DNA of 64,000 bases from Bacteroidota bacterium (GTDB lineage Bacteria; Bacteroidota; Bacteroidia; Flavobacteriales_D; Sanyastnellaceae), in NCBI GenBank assembly GCA_036159995.1, contig JAYYEI010000070.1, positions 11,928 to 75,927 of the forward strand, read 5' to 3'. The notes beneath the pieces are model-generated. The model was not told where the DNA came from, did not search any database, and saw nothing but the letters and a program-made list of their open reading frames with translations. Below, in pieces: positions 50,993-59,972 of the stretch; within the stretch, counting starts at the first letter, position 1; each line of letters opens with the position of its first letter. The translations under genes were made by a program, and so were the position numbers.

Positions 50993-53799
50993 GCCGCTTT
51001 CGGTTGTCGCCGGTTTTCGGTCCGGCGGCGCTGACGGACGGCCATGAGGGCGCCGGCGGTCATGATGAGACAGCCGAGCCAGAGCAGGTTGATCTGGGGG
51101 AAGACGATCGCCTGCATCACGATGAAGTCCCGTCGGATGGACAGGTTCTCCCAGATGACGGTCTCGAAGGTGGCTTCCGCCGGTCGGAATCCGTCGATGC
51201 GGACCTTGATGCCGCGGGTGTCCAGCGTGACCATGTCGGGGATGAGCAGACTGTCCCGAACGATGTAGAGGGCGGTGAAATTCGTGTCCGGGCCGTTGCC
51301 GGTCAGCCGGAAATGAGCGGCGACCGCGAGGTCCTTGTCGAGCAAGCCGAAGGCAGGTTTTTGGTTCAGCGTGACGGCAGAGATGGAATCGAGGGCGAGG
51401 ATGGATTTGCCGATGACGAGGCTGTCGCGTCGCATCAGGTCGTGCTTGCGGCCGTCCATCCAGCCGTCTTCATCCGCCTCCGGATCGGAGACGCGGCCCC
51501 ATTTGATGTGGGTGTAAAGGTCGCGGTTCCAGTAGCGCTTGGTATCGGGCTCGGGCGCGTTGCCCATCTGCTCGTTGAGTTGGATGCGCGGATCGAGGGT
51601 GAAGACAAAGGGGCCAGGCCGCCCGGCGGACCAGGGCTTGGCCTCTCGCTGCTGGCGCTCGTTGGGGATGGGGATGAAGGTCCAATGGTCCTCCAGATCC
51701 GAGGTGAAATCCGGGCTGGCCGTGTGGCCTTGGAGACATTGGAAGAGGAAACCGTCCCGGGCGACGACCTGGCCGGCCTCGTAGGTCTCCGGCACCGTCT
51801 CGTAATAGTCCACGGCGAACTTGGCGTGGATGCCCTCCTGCCGCCGTTCGCGGTAGCAGACGTAGTACGGGCCCATGGGGATGGTGTCGCCTTCGAGCAG
51901 GAGCAGGTCCTCCTCGTTGGACAGCGCCTCACTCAGCATGGCGAGGTCGCCGAAATGGTTGGCGCTGATGATGTCCTTCTTGGCTGTGGACAGCACCGCC
52001 CCGAAGATGACCAGGGCGAACCCGATGTGGGAGAGACTGGCACCGGCGAAGTTCCACTGCCCTTTCAGCACCTGGACCACATAATCGGCGTTGGCGGCGG
52101 CGGACCAGAGGCAGGCGAGGAGCAGGGCCACGCGCGGAGTTTCCCACGTGTCGAAGTCATACGCCAGCAGGAAGGCGCCGGTCAGGACCACCGCGGCGAG
52201 CAGGCTCCGGAGCAGCTTCATGAACAAGCCCTTGCCACTGTCGGTGCGGTAGCGCAGGTACTGCGTGAAGGCGGTGATGCTGATGAAGAGGAAGGCCAGG
52301 GGCACTTGAACCGCATGGTAGGTGGCGTCAAAGTCCGTTCCGGGGGCCAGGTCGTGTGCGGCGAGCTTTCGGGCGAGGGGCCACCCGGTCGATTGGAAGA
52401 GCCGGTCGAAGAGGCCGCTGAACGGCTCGAGGAAGTGGTTGAGGACCGGCAGGCTGGTCTGGAAGGTGATGTGGACCGCCGAGGCGAACATCAGCATGCC
52501 GCCGACAAACATCCAGAATTCCCGGGTCCAAAGGGGGCTTTCCTTGTCCGTTCGGGGCAGATGCGTGAGGTGTCCGCGCAGTACGGCGGCCGTCATGAGA
52601 CCCAGCATCAACAGGATGCAGATGGCCGGTTGGCCTGCGATGACCCCGATGGACAGCGCGAGTTGCAAACCGGTGAAGACGAGCCGTTCGCGGCCGGGAG
52701 GCAGGGTCAGCGCCGTGAACAGGACGCAACAGCCGAGCAGGAAGGCGAGGAGCTGGGGCAGGATGCCGCTGTCCACGAAGCTGTGGACCGAGGTGTCGCC
52801 CAGGATGCCGCTCTTGGTCAGGAAGGTCGAATAGACGACCAACAGGAAAGACAGGCCCACCATCAAGTACGTGGCGGTGACGGCCGTGCCGGGTTTGTTG
52901 CGGTTGATCAGCAGCAGGTGGGCGCCAGCCACCAAGACCAGCCAGGGCACCAGCGAACTGTTCTCCACCGGATCCCAGGCCCAGAACCCGCCGAAGCTGA
53001 GGGCCTCATAGGCCCAGGCGCCTCCCATGAGGATGCCGGCTCCGAGGATGGCGACGCCGAAGAAGGACCAGGTCACCGCGCGGCGCATCCACGTGGTGTG
53101 GTCACCGACCCAGAGTCCCGCCACGGCCATGGCGAAAGGCATGAGGGTGCTCGCAAAGCCGAGGAAGAGCGTGGGCGGATGGATGACCATCCAGTAGTTC
53201 TGGAGCAGGGGATTCAGTCCCTGACCGTCGGCGAATTGGGGGATCAGGGCGAGGTAATCGGGATTGAAGGTCCAGGGCAGGCCGAGATTTTGCGGGGCTT
53301 CGCGCAGGAGGAGAAAGGGGTCGAGGCCAAATTGGAAATCACCGAAATAGAGGCCGAGGAGCATGGAGCTCAGGCCGGTGAACACGCCGCCATGGACGGC
53401 CATGACTGGCGCTTCTAGCGGCCCGGGATTCCGCCGGAGGAACAGCATGGCCAACACCAGCATCCACGACATCCAAATGAGGAATCCGCCTTCCTGTCCG
53501 CCCCAGAAACTGGACAGCGTAAACCCGAAGGGCATGGCGTCATTGAGGTGTTTCCAAACGTATTGGAACTCGTAGCGGTGGCAGAAGATGAGCAGGTACA
53601 GCAGGGCTACGGTCGCCAGAATGCTGCCGGCGTGAAGGCGGAACCCCCAGCGGCCGAGCCGCATCCAATGTGATTCCGGCTGTCGCACCGCGACGGCATA
53701 TCCGATGGTCGAGGCCAGGGCCGAGGCGAAGGCCAAGGCGAGGAGGAGGCGTCCGAGGGAGGCCGCCCAGGTCCATTCTCCGAGATAGGCGATGTCCAC
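50989..53799 (-). CDS. ccmF: cytochrome c maturation heme lyase CcmF-like (enlarged)
   Basis: 936 aa, polytopic. WWD-type motif GGFWAWDPVENSSLVPWL. Large soluble C-terminal region before a final TM. Confidence 0.85.
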   Translation of the reverse strand: MDIAYLGEWTWAASLGRLLLALAFASALASTIGYAVAVRQPESHWMRLGRWGFRLHAGSILATVALLYLLIFCHRYEFQYVWKHLNDAMPFGFTLSSFWGGQEGGFLIWMSWMLVLAMLFLRRNPGPLEAPVMAVHGGVFTGLSSMLLGLYFGDFQFGLDPFLLLREAPQNLGLPWTFNPDYLALIPQFADGQGLNPLLQNYWMVIHPPTLFLGFASTLMPFAMAVAGLWVGDHTTWMRRAVTWSFFGVAILGAGILMGGAWAYEALSFGGFWAWDPVENSSLVPWLVLVAGAHLLLINRNKPGTAVTATYLMVGLSFLLVVYSTFLTKSGILGDTSVHSFVDSGILPQLLAFLLGCCVLFTALTLPPGRERLVFTGLQLALSIGVIAGQPAICILLMLGLMTAAVLRGHLTHLPRTDKESPLWTREFWMFVGGMLMFASAVHITFQTSLPVLNHFLEPFSGLFDRLFQSTGWPLARKLAAHDLAPGTDFDATYHAVQVPLAFLFISITAFTQYLRYRTDSGKGLFMKLLRSLLAAVVLTGAFLLAYDFDTWETPRVALLLACLWSAAANADYVVQVLKGQWNFAGASLSHIGFALVIFGAVLSTAKKDIISANHFGDLAMLSEALSNEEDLLLLEGDTIPMGPYYVCYRERRQEGIHAKFAVDYYETVPETYEAGQVVARDGFLFQCLQGHTASPDFTSDLEDHWTFIPIPNERQQREAKPWSAGRPGPFVFTLDPRIQLNEQMGNAPEPDTKRYWNRDLYTHIKWGRVSDPEADEDGWMDGRKHDLMRRDSLVIGKSILALDSISAVTLNQKPAFGLLDKDLAVAAHFRLTGNGPDTNFTALYIVRDSLLIPDMVTLDTRGIKVRIDGFRPAEATFETVIWENLSIRRDFIVMQAIVFPQINLLWLGCLIMTAGALMAVRQRRRTENRRQPKAA

Positions 53800-53810
53800 G
53801 GGGGTCGGGC

Positions 53811-54215
53811 TCAGGGAGCGTCGGTCGTCTCAGCGAGGCTGTGCGACTGCTCGTTGTATTTGCTCGGGCACTTCATGAGCATCTCGCCTGCGATGAACTG
53901 GCCGTCCACCACCCGGCCATAGAGATCGATGGACTCACTCTGTTCCAAGCCGGTGGGCTTGGGCTTGTTCAAGATCACTTCCCGGACTTCGCCCTCCTTG
54001 TCGCGCATGTGAAAGCGGGTCCGTGACACCGAGACCTCTGGGTTGTACACGACGGGGTGGTCGGTGTCGAGGGTGCCCGAGACCTTGAATTCAATGCCCG
54101 GTTCTGCAAAGGCCCGGGCGAAGACGACCGACTCGCTGTTGGTCGTGAAGACACTGAACAGCGTGCCCATGAGCACGGCCACGAGGAGGAGAACGACGAT
54201 GTTGGTTCGGCTCAT
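53811..54215 (-). CDS. ccmE: cytochrome c maturation heme chaperone CcmE (CxxxY variant)
   Basis: 134 aa. N-terminal anchor NIVVLLLVAVLMGTLF, OB-fold-sized domain. C-terminal CPSKY (nt 53856-53870) at the position of the HxxxY heme-binding motif. Confidence 0.8.
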   Translation of the reverse strand: MSRTNIVVLLLVAVLMGTLFSVFTTNSESVVFARAFAEPGIEFKVSGTLDTDHPVVYNPEVSVSRTRFHMRDKEGEVREVILNKPKPTGLEQSESIDLYGRVVDGQFIAGEMLMKCPSKYNEQSHSLAETTDAP

Positions 54216-54219
54216 GGCG

Positions 54220-54402
54220 TCAGTGGGTGTCGTTGGATTCGGATTCGATGCGGGCGAGGCGCCGGTCCATCCTCCACAGAGAGAAGGCGATGCCGGCGAG
54301 GATGATCAGGGCGACGCCTGTGACCACATGGGCCTTGCCGCTTCCGAAGAAGAAGCCTTCGAGGCTGCTCAGGAACAGGATGTGGAACATGGTGTAATTC
54401 AT
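54220..54402 (-). CDS. ccmD: small single-TM protein, CcmD-like
   Basis: 60 aa (MNYTMFHILFLSSLEGFFFGSGKAHVVTGVALIILAGIAFSLWRMDRRLARIESESNDTH). Position between ccmC and ccmE. ATGA overlap with the ccmC stop. This is only the 3' end of the 210-aa track ORF. Confidence 0.45.
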   Translation of the reverse strand: MNYTMFHILFLSSLEGFFFGSGKAHVVTGVALIILAGIAFSLWRMDRRLARIESESNDTH

Positions 54403-55439
54403 TTCGTCAACAGGCGGTGCTCCACACGGTTCATGCGGAGGCGCAGGGTGTACATCCAATAGCACAGGGCGCCCCAGCCGATCACGGCCGGATAGAAGAC
54501 GGCCCGGAGGCTGTTGTCGAGGTCGTAGCTGTTGAAGCCGGGGTTGCCGTCCTTGCCGGGGTGGAGGCTCTCCGTGTAGCGCGGGAGGACCATCAGGAGG
54601 ATGACGAGCATCACGAAGGCGAAGACGTTGTAGACGGCAGAGAGGCGGCCCACCCGCTCGTCGTCGCCCATGGCGGCCCGCAGGATGAGGTAGCCCGTGT
54701 AGAGCAGCACGGTCACGAGGGCTCCATTGAGCTGGGGGTCCGAGACCCACCAGGCGCCCCAGGTCCACCGCGCCCACAGTGATCCGGTGGCCAGGCCCAG
54801 CAGGCCGAAGACGAGCCCCGTCCTCACGGCGGCTTCTCCGCGATGGTCCCACTCGATGCGGTCAGTCCTCAGCTGCATGAGCGAGGCGACGAATCCGATG
54901 CCCATCACGAAGAACATGGCGAACCACATGGGCACGTGCCACAGCAGGTTGCGGATGCTTTCCATGATGTTGGGCTGGTAAGGAAAGCTGAATCCAAGAT
55001 CGGGGGCCAACTCCTCCGGGGCCTTGGCTTTGAACTCATCCGCCACGGGGCCGGTGCCGGCGCCTTCGATGAAAAAGGCGTTGCCGAGGAACAGGGTGCC
55101 CGTGGCAGGGGTGAAGAGGAAGGCGTCAAGGGCCGGGGACGGCATCTGTTCCGGGATGGTCACTTCCGCTTCGACGCGGTGGGGCGCCACCCCGGTCAAC
55201 CGAGTGTCGATGAGGTCGTTGCCCGACCGGAGGATGAGTCGGTGGCCTTCGGTGGAGATGCCTTCGGCCGCGAAGGGCTGTCCGACGGCATGGAGTTCAA
55301 GGGTCACCGGCCCGGGCACGAGGCGGTCCGGGGACGCTTCCACGAGGCCGGGCTGCAGCGGGGTGCCGAAGCCCGCCACGATCACGTAGGCGAGAAGGAG
55401 GATCCCTCCGAATTTCCAGAGGACGTTCCAGTTGCTCAT
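54399..55439 (-). CDS. ccmC: heme exporter protein CcmC with N-terminal periplasmic insertion
   Basis: Start at ATG 55439 (MSNWNVLWKFGG...). WHVPMWF His loop and WWD motif WGAWWVSDPQLNGALV. 346 aa. Confidence 0.85.
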   Translation of the reverse strand: MSNWNVLWKFGGILLLAYVIVAGFGTPLQPGLVEASPDRLVPGPVTLELHAVGQPFAAEGISTEGHRLILRSGNDLIDTRLTGVAPHRVEAEVTIPEQMPSPALDAFLFTPATGTLFLGNAFFIEGAGTGPVADEFKAKAPEELAPDLGFSFPYQPNIMESIRNLLWHVPMWFAMFFVMGIGFVASLMQLRTDRIEWDHRGEAAVRTGLVFGLLGLATGSLWARWTWGAWWVSDPQLNGALVTVLLYTGYLILRAAMGDDERVGRLSAVYNVFAFVMLVILLMVLPRYTESLHPGKDGNPGFNSYDLDNSLRAVFYPAVIGWGALCYWMYTLRLRMNRVEHRLLTK

Positions 55440-56122
55440 GCCCGCCAAATGTACGGGAACAGGATGCACGCCATGACGCTGGTGCCTGCGCTGAGCGCCG
55501 CGAGGAACAAGGGGATTTCCCCGAGCATGGACCACGGCGTTCCCTGCAGGGCGCCGGTGGTCATCCGGGTCGCCAGGATGAGCTGGGGGAGCAGGAGCGG
55601 GAGTCCAAGGATGGCGGCCAGGGTGCTGCCTCCGTTTTGGACCTGGGACGCCACCGCCGTGACGAAGACGAGGGTGGTGGTCATGGACAAACCGCCGAGC
55701 CAGGCGGCCAGCACGACCAGCGAGGTCCGGACGCCCTCCCCGGGCCAGCCGAGGAAGAGGACGAAAGCGCCAAGGACAATGGCGCTGAGCGCCGTGGTGG
55801 TCAGGATGGCGTGGAGGAGCTTGCCCAGCATCAGGCCGAGTGGGTCGACCGTCCACTGGAGATAGCGGCGTGTCGCGGACCGTTCGCGGTCGAAGAGCCG
55901 GCCGACGGCCGTGAATCCACTGAACAGATAGACCAGCCAGAGCATGGCCGTCCAGGCTTCGGGCGCGGTGCCTCGGCTGGCCGCTTGGAAGGCTACGTAC
56001 ACCGAGGACAAGGCGAAGAGGCCGACCGAGGCCAGCTGATGGCCTTGGCGCCACTCGAGGGTCCATTCCATGGCGGCCACCGTGCGGGCTGTGCGGGCCG
56101 TGTTGTGGAAACCGGTGTCCAT
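55436..56122 (-). CDS. ccmB: heme exporter permease CcmB-like
   Basis: Start at ATG 56122 (MDTGFHNTARTARTVAAMEWTLEW...). About 228 aa with six hydrophobic segments, immediately upstream of ccmC with a 4-nt overlap. Confidence 0.72.
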   Translation of the reverse strand: MDTGFHNTARTARTVAAMEWTLEWRQGHQLASVGLFALSSVYVAFQAASRGTAPEAWTAMLWLVYLFSGFTAVGRLFDRERSATRRYLQWTVDPLGLMLGKLLHAILTTTALSAIVLGAFVLFLGWPGEGVRTSLVVLAAWLGGLSMTTTLVFVTAVASQVQNGGSTLAAILGLPLLLPQLILATRMTTGALQGTPWSMLGEIPLFLAALSAGTSVMACILFPYIWRA

Positions 56123-56679
56123 CAATTCAGTTGAAGGCTCGGAATCTGCTGGGCGACCTTGCAGAAGAGTTCGGCCATGTTGCGGGCGTCGTCGATGGCC
56201 CGGTGTTCCGTTCCGGACCACCGGATCTCCTCGGTCTCGAGGGCGTTCTTCAGGCCAATCTGGTTCTTGGATTGCTTCCACTTCCCATAGTGTTTCTGGA
56301 AGCAGACGTGGGCGTCGAGCCAGTCCAGCCCGATGTTGTGGAGGTGGGCATCGGTGTTCAGTTGCCGCTTGTCGAATTCCCCCCAACTCATGGGAATGAC
56401 GTCATGGGTGCCGACGCCCATCCAGTCCTCGTAGTCCTCCATGACCTCATCAAAGAGGGGAGCATGGTCCACGTCGGATTGGCGGATGGAGGTGAGCGAG
56501 GTGCAGAACTTGCTGATGACCGGGTGCATCAGGGGGCGGACGAAGGCGCAGAATTCGGAAACGATTTCCAGCTGCTCATTGACCTTCACGGCGCCGACCT
56601 CGATGATCTCGACCCGTTTGGGCCGGCTGGTCCGCCAGCAGGTGGCTTCGAGGTCATACAGGATGAACGCCTTCTCCAT
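56122..56679 (-). CDS. DEDDh 3'-5' exonuclease (KapD/ERI-1-like)
   Basis: Start at ATG 56679 (MEKAFILYDLEATCW). Motifs YDLEAT, MSWGEFD, HRAIDDARN (H-x4-D). TGATG overlap with the ccmB start. Confidence 0.8.
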   Translation of the reverse strand: MEKAFILYDLEATCWRTSRPKRVEIIEVGAVKVNEQLEIVSEFCAFVRPLMHPVISKFCTSLTSIRQSDVDHAPLFDEVMEDYEDWMGVGTHDVIPMSWGEFDKRQLNTDAHLHNIGLDWLDAHVCFQKHYGKWKQSKNQIGLKNALETEEIRWSGTEHRAIDDARNMAELFCKVAQQIPSLQLN

Positions 56680-56732
56680 GCCGCGCAAAGATACGGGGTG
56701 GACCGGCGGTGGTCTTTGCCGTGGAGGGGTGG

Positions 56733-57359
56733 TCAGTCAAGGGGCATGACCCCGGCGGTTTCACCCGGCCTTCTCTGGACAAGGCCATGGGCGTGGAGAA
56801 TGTGTTCGATGGCGGCATCGTCTCCCGCAGCGTCGTATTCGCTCTTGAGGTCATGGCCGAATAGCCGGGCCAGGCCCTGCCACATGAAGGCGCTGAGACG
56901 ACCCTTGAGCTCCTGCACCACCCCGAAAGTGGTGCGGTTGGCTTCCCGGTCAATGAGCCGGATGAGGATGACGCCTTCCCGAATGGTGAGACGTCGGAGT
57001 TCCCCTTCGAAGCGGGCTTTGAGCTCCTCTTCCTTGCGGTCGACGAGCGCCCGGCGTTCCTTCTTGCTGTCGATGTCGGCCATTTCGATCTCAAGACTGT
57101 CCATGGCCCGGCCGGCGAAATCCGCATAGGGCCAGACCTTGAGGACGCGCTTTTCCAGGCGGCTGTAGCGGCGTGATCCAGGCTGGACCCGATGGTCGGA
57201 GGGTATTGAAGGGAGGGAGGCGACTTCTGCAACCTCGAGATGGACGAGGGGAGGCAGGCTGTCGACCGGTGTCGTTTGGGCTGAGATTGGGGATGCCAGC
57301 ACAACCGAGACCATCATAGACAGTCCCGGGATGATCAGGAAGAACGGCATCCGCTTCAT
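56733..57359 (-). CDS. secreted protein, DUF4294-like
   Basis: Start at ATG 57359 (MKRMPFFLIIPGLSMMVSVVLASPISAQ). The LTIREGVILIRLIDREANRTTF segment resembles the Bacteroidota DUF4294 family (from memory). Confidence 0.55.
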   Translation of the reverse strand: MKRMPFFLIIPGLSMMVSVVLASPISAQTTPVDSLPPLVHLEVAEVASLPSIPSDHRVQPGSRRYSRLEKRVLKVWPYADFAGRAMDSLEIEMADIDSKKERRALVDRKEEELKARFEGELRRLTIREGVILIRLIDREANRTTFGVVQELKGRLSAFMWQGLARLFGHDLKSEYDAAGDDAAIEHILHAHGLVQRRPGETAGVMPLD

Positions 57360-57411
57360 CGCGGGTTTGAAACGGAATATGCGCCGGAAAGTTGCCTTTT
57401 GGGTGAAGGAT

Positions 57412-58935
57412 TCAGTCGGCAAACCGCTGTTTCCAGGCCCCATTTCGACCGTTGGTTGACGTGTCGGATGCACCGGATGGGGTCGGGGCCGCCGCCGCTA
57501 AGGCCGCCGCGGCTGCACCCCAGTCTTGCGCGGCACGAGCGTCGGAACGGTAGGCCTCAAACCGCTCGGCATCGAAATGGGCACCGACAAATCCGGTGTC
57601 GAAGCGACCGGACACAAAGGCTTCATGATCAAGAACATACCGTCCGAATTCGAGGGTGGTTTCGAGTCCTTGGATGAGGTACTCGTCGATGGCACGGCGG
57701 AGACGCTCGATCGCCTGGGGCCGGTCCATGCCGTGGGCGCACAGCTTGGAGATCATCGGGTCGTAGTGGATTGAAATGGCGTCGCCTTGCTCGACCCCGG
57801 CATCGACTCGGATTCCGGGGCCTTCCGGAACGACATGGGTGGCGAGAATGCCGGTCGAGGGAAGGAACCCGGCAGGAACATCCTCGGCATAGACCCGGAG
57901 TTCGATGGCGTGACCCTGGATGCGCAGCTGGTCCTGCGTCAGACGAAGCCGCTCGCCCCGGGCAATCCGCACCTGTTCCTCGACGAGGTCGACCCCGGTG
58001 ATCATCTCCGTCACGGGATGCTCGACCTGGAGCCGGGTGTTCATTTCGAGGAAATAGAAATTTCGGTCCGCGTCGACGAGGAATTCCACCGTTCCGGCCC
58101 CGACATAGCCGCAGGCTCGGGCGCAGTCCAAGGCGCATTGCCCCATCTGGTCGCGGAGGGCATCATCGAGCAGGGCGCTCGGGGCCTCTTCGACGACCTT
58201 CTGGTGCCGGCGTTGGATGCTGCACTCGCGTTCAAACAGGTGGACGCCATTTCCGTGGGCGTCGCACAGAACCTGGATTTCGATGTGCCTCGGTTCCGTC
58301 ACGAAGCGTTCGAGGAAGACGGCGCCGTTGCCGAAGGCGCTCCGGGCCTCACTCATGGCGCGTTCGGTTTCGCCCCGCAACCGGGCAGGGTCATGGACGA
58401 CCCGCATGCCCTTGCCGCCTCCACCGGCGCTGGCCTTGACCATGACCGGGAAGCCGATCTCGGCAGCCAGCCGTTCCGCTTCGTCGAGGTCGGTCACCTC
58501 GCCTTCGGAGCCGGGCACCAGTGGCACGTCCTGTCGGGCGACCGCTTCCTTGGCCGACAGTTTGTCGCCCATCGTGCGAATGCTGTCCGGGCGGGGACCG
58601 ATGAAGGTGAGGCCGGCCTGTTCGACGGCTTCGGCGAATTCGGCGTTTTCGCTCAGGAAGCCATACCCTGGATGGATGGCGTCCGCCCCGGTGACCTTGG
58701 CGGCTTCGAGGATGCGGTCAAACACGAGATAGCTCTCGGAGGCTGTGGCCGGTCCGATCAGGATGGCCTCGTCCGCATAGCGGGCAAAAGGCATGGTGCC
58801 GTCCACCTCGGAATGGACGGCGACGCTGGGGATGCCCATGGCGCGAAGGGTGCGCATCACCCGAAGGGCGATTTCCCCGCGGTTGGCGACCAGGACCTTG
58901 GTGATGGGCCGGGCAGGGGCCGGTTCATGGCTCAT
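57412..58935 (-). CDS. accC: biotin carboxylase subunit of an acyl-CoA carboxylase
   Basis: 507 aa. KVLVANRGEIALRV, ATP-grasp GFPVMVKASAGGGGKGMRVV, EMNTRLQVEHPVTE. No BCCP or carboxyltransferase gene is adjacent. Confidence 0.9.
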   Translation of the reverse strand: MSHEPAPARPITKVLVANRGEIALRVMRTLRAMGIPSVAVHSEVDGTMPFARYADEAILIGPATASESYLVFDRILEAAKVTGADAIHPGYGFLSENAEFAEAVEQAGLTFIGPRPDSIRTMGDKLSAKEAVARQDVPLVPGSEGEVTDLDEAERLAAEIGFPVMVKASAGGGGKGMRVVHDPARLRGETERAMSEARSAFGNGAVFLERFVTEPRHIEIQVLCDAHGNGVHLFERECSIQRRHQKVVEEAPSALLDDALRDQMGQCALDCARACGYVGAGTVEFLVDADRNFYFLEMNTRLQVEHPVTEMITGVDLVEEQVRIARGERLRLTQDQLRIQGHAIELRVYAEDVPAGFLPSTGILATHVVPEGPGIRVDAGVEQGDAISIHYDPMISKLCAHGMDRPQAIERLRRAIDEYLIQGLETTLEFGRYVLDHEAFVSGRFDTGFVGAHFDAERFEAYRSDARAAQDWGAAAAALAAAAPTPSGASDTSTNGRNGAWKQRFAD

Positions 58936-58972
58936 GCCGTCAAAGGTGGGGCATGGGCGGCGGACTCGCGAA

Positions 58973-59797
58973 TCAGAGGGGGTACCGGCCTGCGATGAGC
59001 CGTTCGAACACGCGGGCGGGGAGCAGGCGCTTCAGCCGGATGGCGAGTTTCTGAAGGGGAGGGGCAACCGTGACATACAGGGGCGGTCGGGATTGTTCCA
59101 GCAGCTTGAGCACGGCCCGGCCCATGTCTTCGGGCTCCCGGGCATGGGCCACCTCGGCGTTGACGGCCTCGCAGACGGGGTCGAATCCGGGATACGCATC
59201 CGCATCGGGTTGGGCGACCTTCAGGCGGTTGTTGTTGATGGCGGTCCGGAAATCGCCCGGGCGGAGGACGGTGACCCGCACCCTGTGGCGCGCCAGTTCC
59301 ATGCTCTGGGCCTCGGCGATCAATTCCACCGCAGCCTTGGACGAGCAGTAGACGCCGCGGAAGGGAAGGCCGACCACGCCGGCCACGCTGCCCACGTGCA
59401 GGAGGTGGCCCTTCGAGGAGATCAGGTGGGGGATGGCCATCCGGCTCACCGTGTGCAAGCCCACGACGTTGGTCCGATAGACGGTCAGGAGTTCCTCTTC
59501 GGTGGTGTCGCCCATGGCGCCCATCATGCCAATCCCCGCGTTGTTGACCACCGCGTCCAGCCCGTGACCGGCGGCGATGACCGTGTCGATGGCCGACTGA
59601 ACGGATTCCGGGTCCGTGACGTCGAGCTGCACGGTGCCGGGCGTACCTGGAGTGGGAGCGAGGGTGTCCACCTTGCGTCCAGTGCCCCAGACCCGGTGTC
59701 CCGCTTGGGCCAGCACCCGGGCGATGGCGTCTCCAATGCCCGTGGTGGCGCCGGTGACGAGGACTGTTTTGGCATGGGGAGGGAACGCGTCGGCCAT
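58973..59797 (-). CDS. SDR family oxidoreductase
   Basis: Start at ATG 59797 (MADAFPPHAKTVLVTGATTGIGDAIA). YCSSKAA (YxxxK). Confidence 0.85.
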   Translation of the reverse strand: MADAFPPHAKTVLVTGATTGIGDAIARVLAQAGHRVWGTGRKVDTLAPTPGTPGTVQLDVTDPESVQSAIDTVIAAGHGLDAVVNNAGIGMMGAMGDTTEEELLTVYRTNVVGLHTVSRMAIPHLISSKGHLLHVGSVAGVVGLPFRGVYCSSKAAVELIAEAQSMELARHRVRVTVLRPGDFRTAINNNRLKVAQPDADAYPGFDPVCEAVNAEVAHAREPEDMGRAVLKLLEQSRPPLYVTVAPPLQKLAIRLKRLLPARVFERLIAGRYPL

Positions 59798-59953
59798 GGC
59801 GGAAAAATGGGGAAAAGAGAGAGGGCAAGCGATTCCCATCGCACCGCTACGACCACTTGCCCTTGCTGCCTTCCGGCCCTGGGGGGTTCAGTGGGAGCTG
59901 GCCGTGGGAGACTTGCCCTCCGGGACAAAGGTAGGACAGGAACGGTGCGGATG

Positions 59954-59961
59954 TATTTTCG
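59954..59961 (+). promoter_or_regulatory. putative -7 promoter box TATTTTCG for the DUF4199-like gene
   Basis: Exact match, 11 nt before ATG 59973. Confidence 0.45.
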
Positions 59962-59972
59962 GCTCCATTCGG

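Noticed and set aside
45596-53418. Long plus-strand ORFs (596, 614 and 804 aa) antisense to the S46 peptidase, yidC and ccmF
   Set aside because: The reasoning is the same as for the other antisense ORFs. All three overlap confidently assigned minus-strand genes and translate to low-complexity sequence.
54403-54852. Upstream 150 codons of the 210-aa track ORF 54220-54852
   Set aside because: This part lies out of frame inside ccmC and is Arg/Pro/Gly-rich. Only the last 60 codons (54220-54402) form a plausible small membrane protein starting at an ATG that overlaps the ccmC stop.
59616-59972. N-terminal 119-codon extension of the DUF4199-like ORF
   Set aside because: It overlaps the SDR gene on the opposite strand and the divergent promoter region. 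A -7 box at 59954-59961 and ATG 59973 give a sensible membrane protein.
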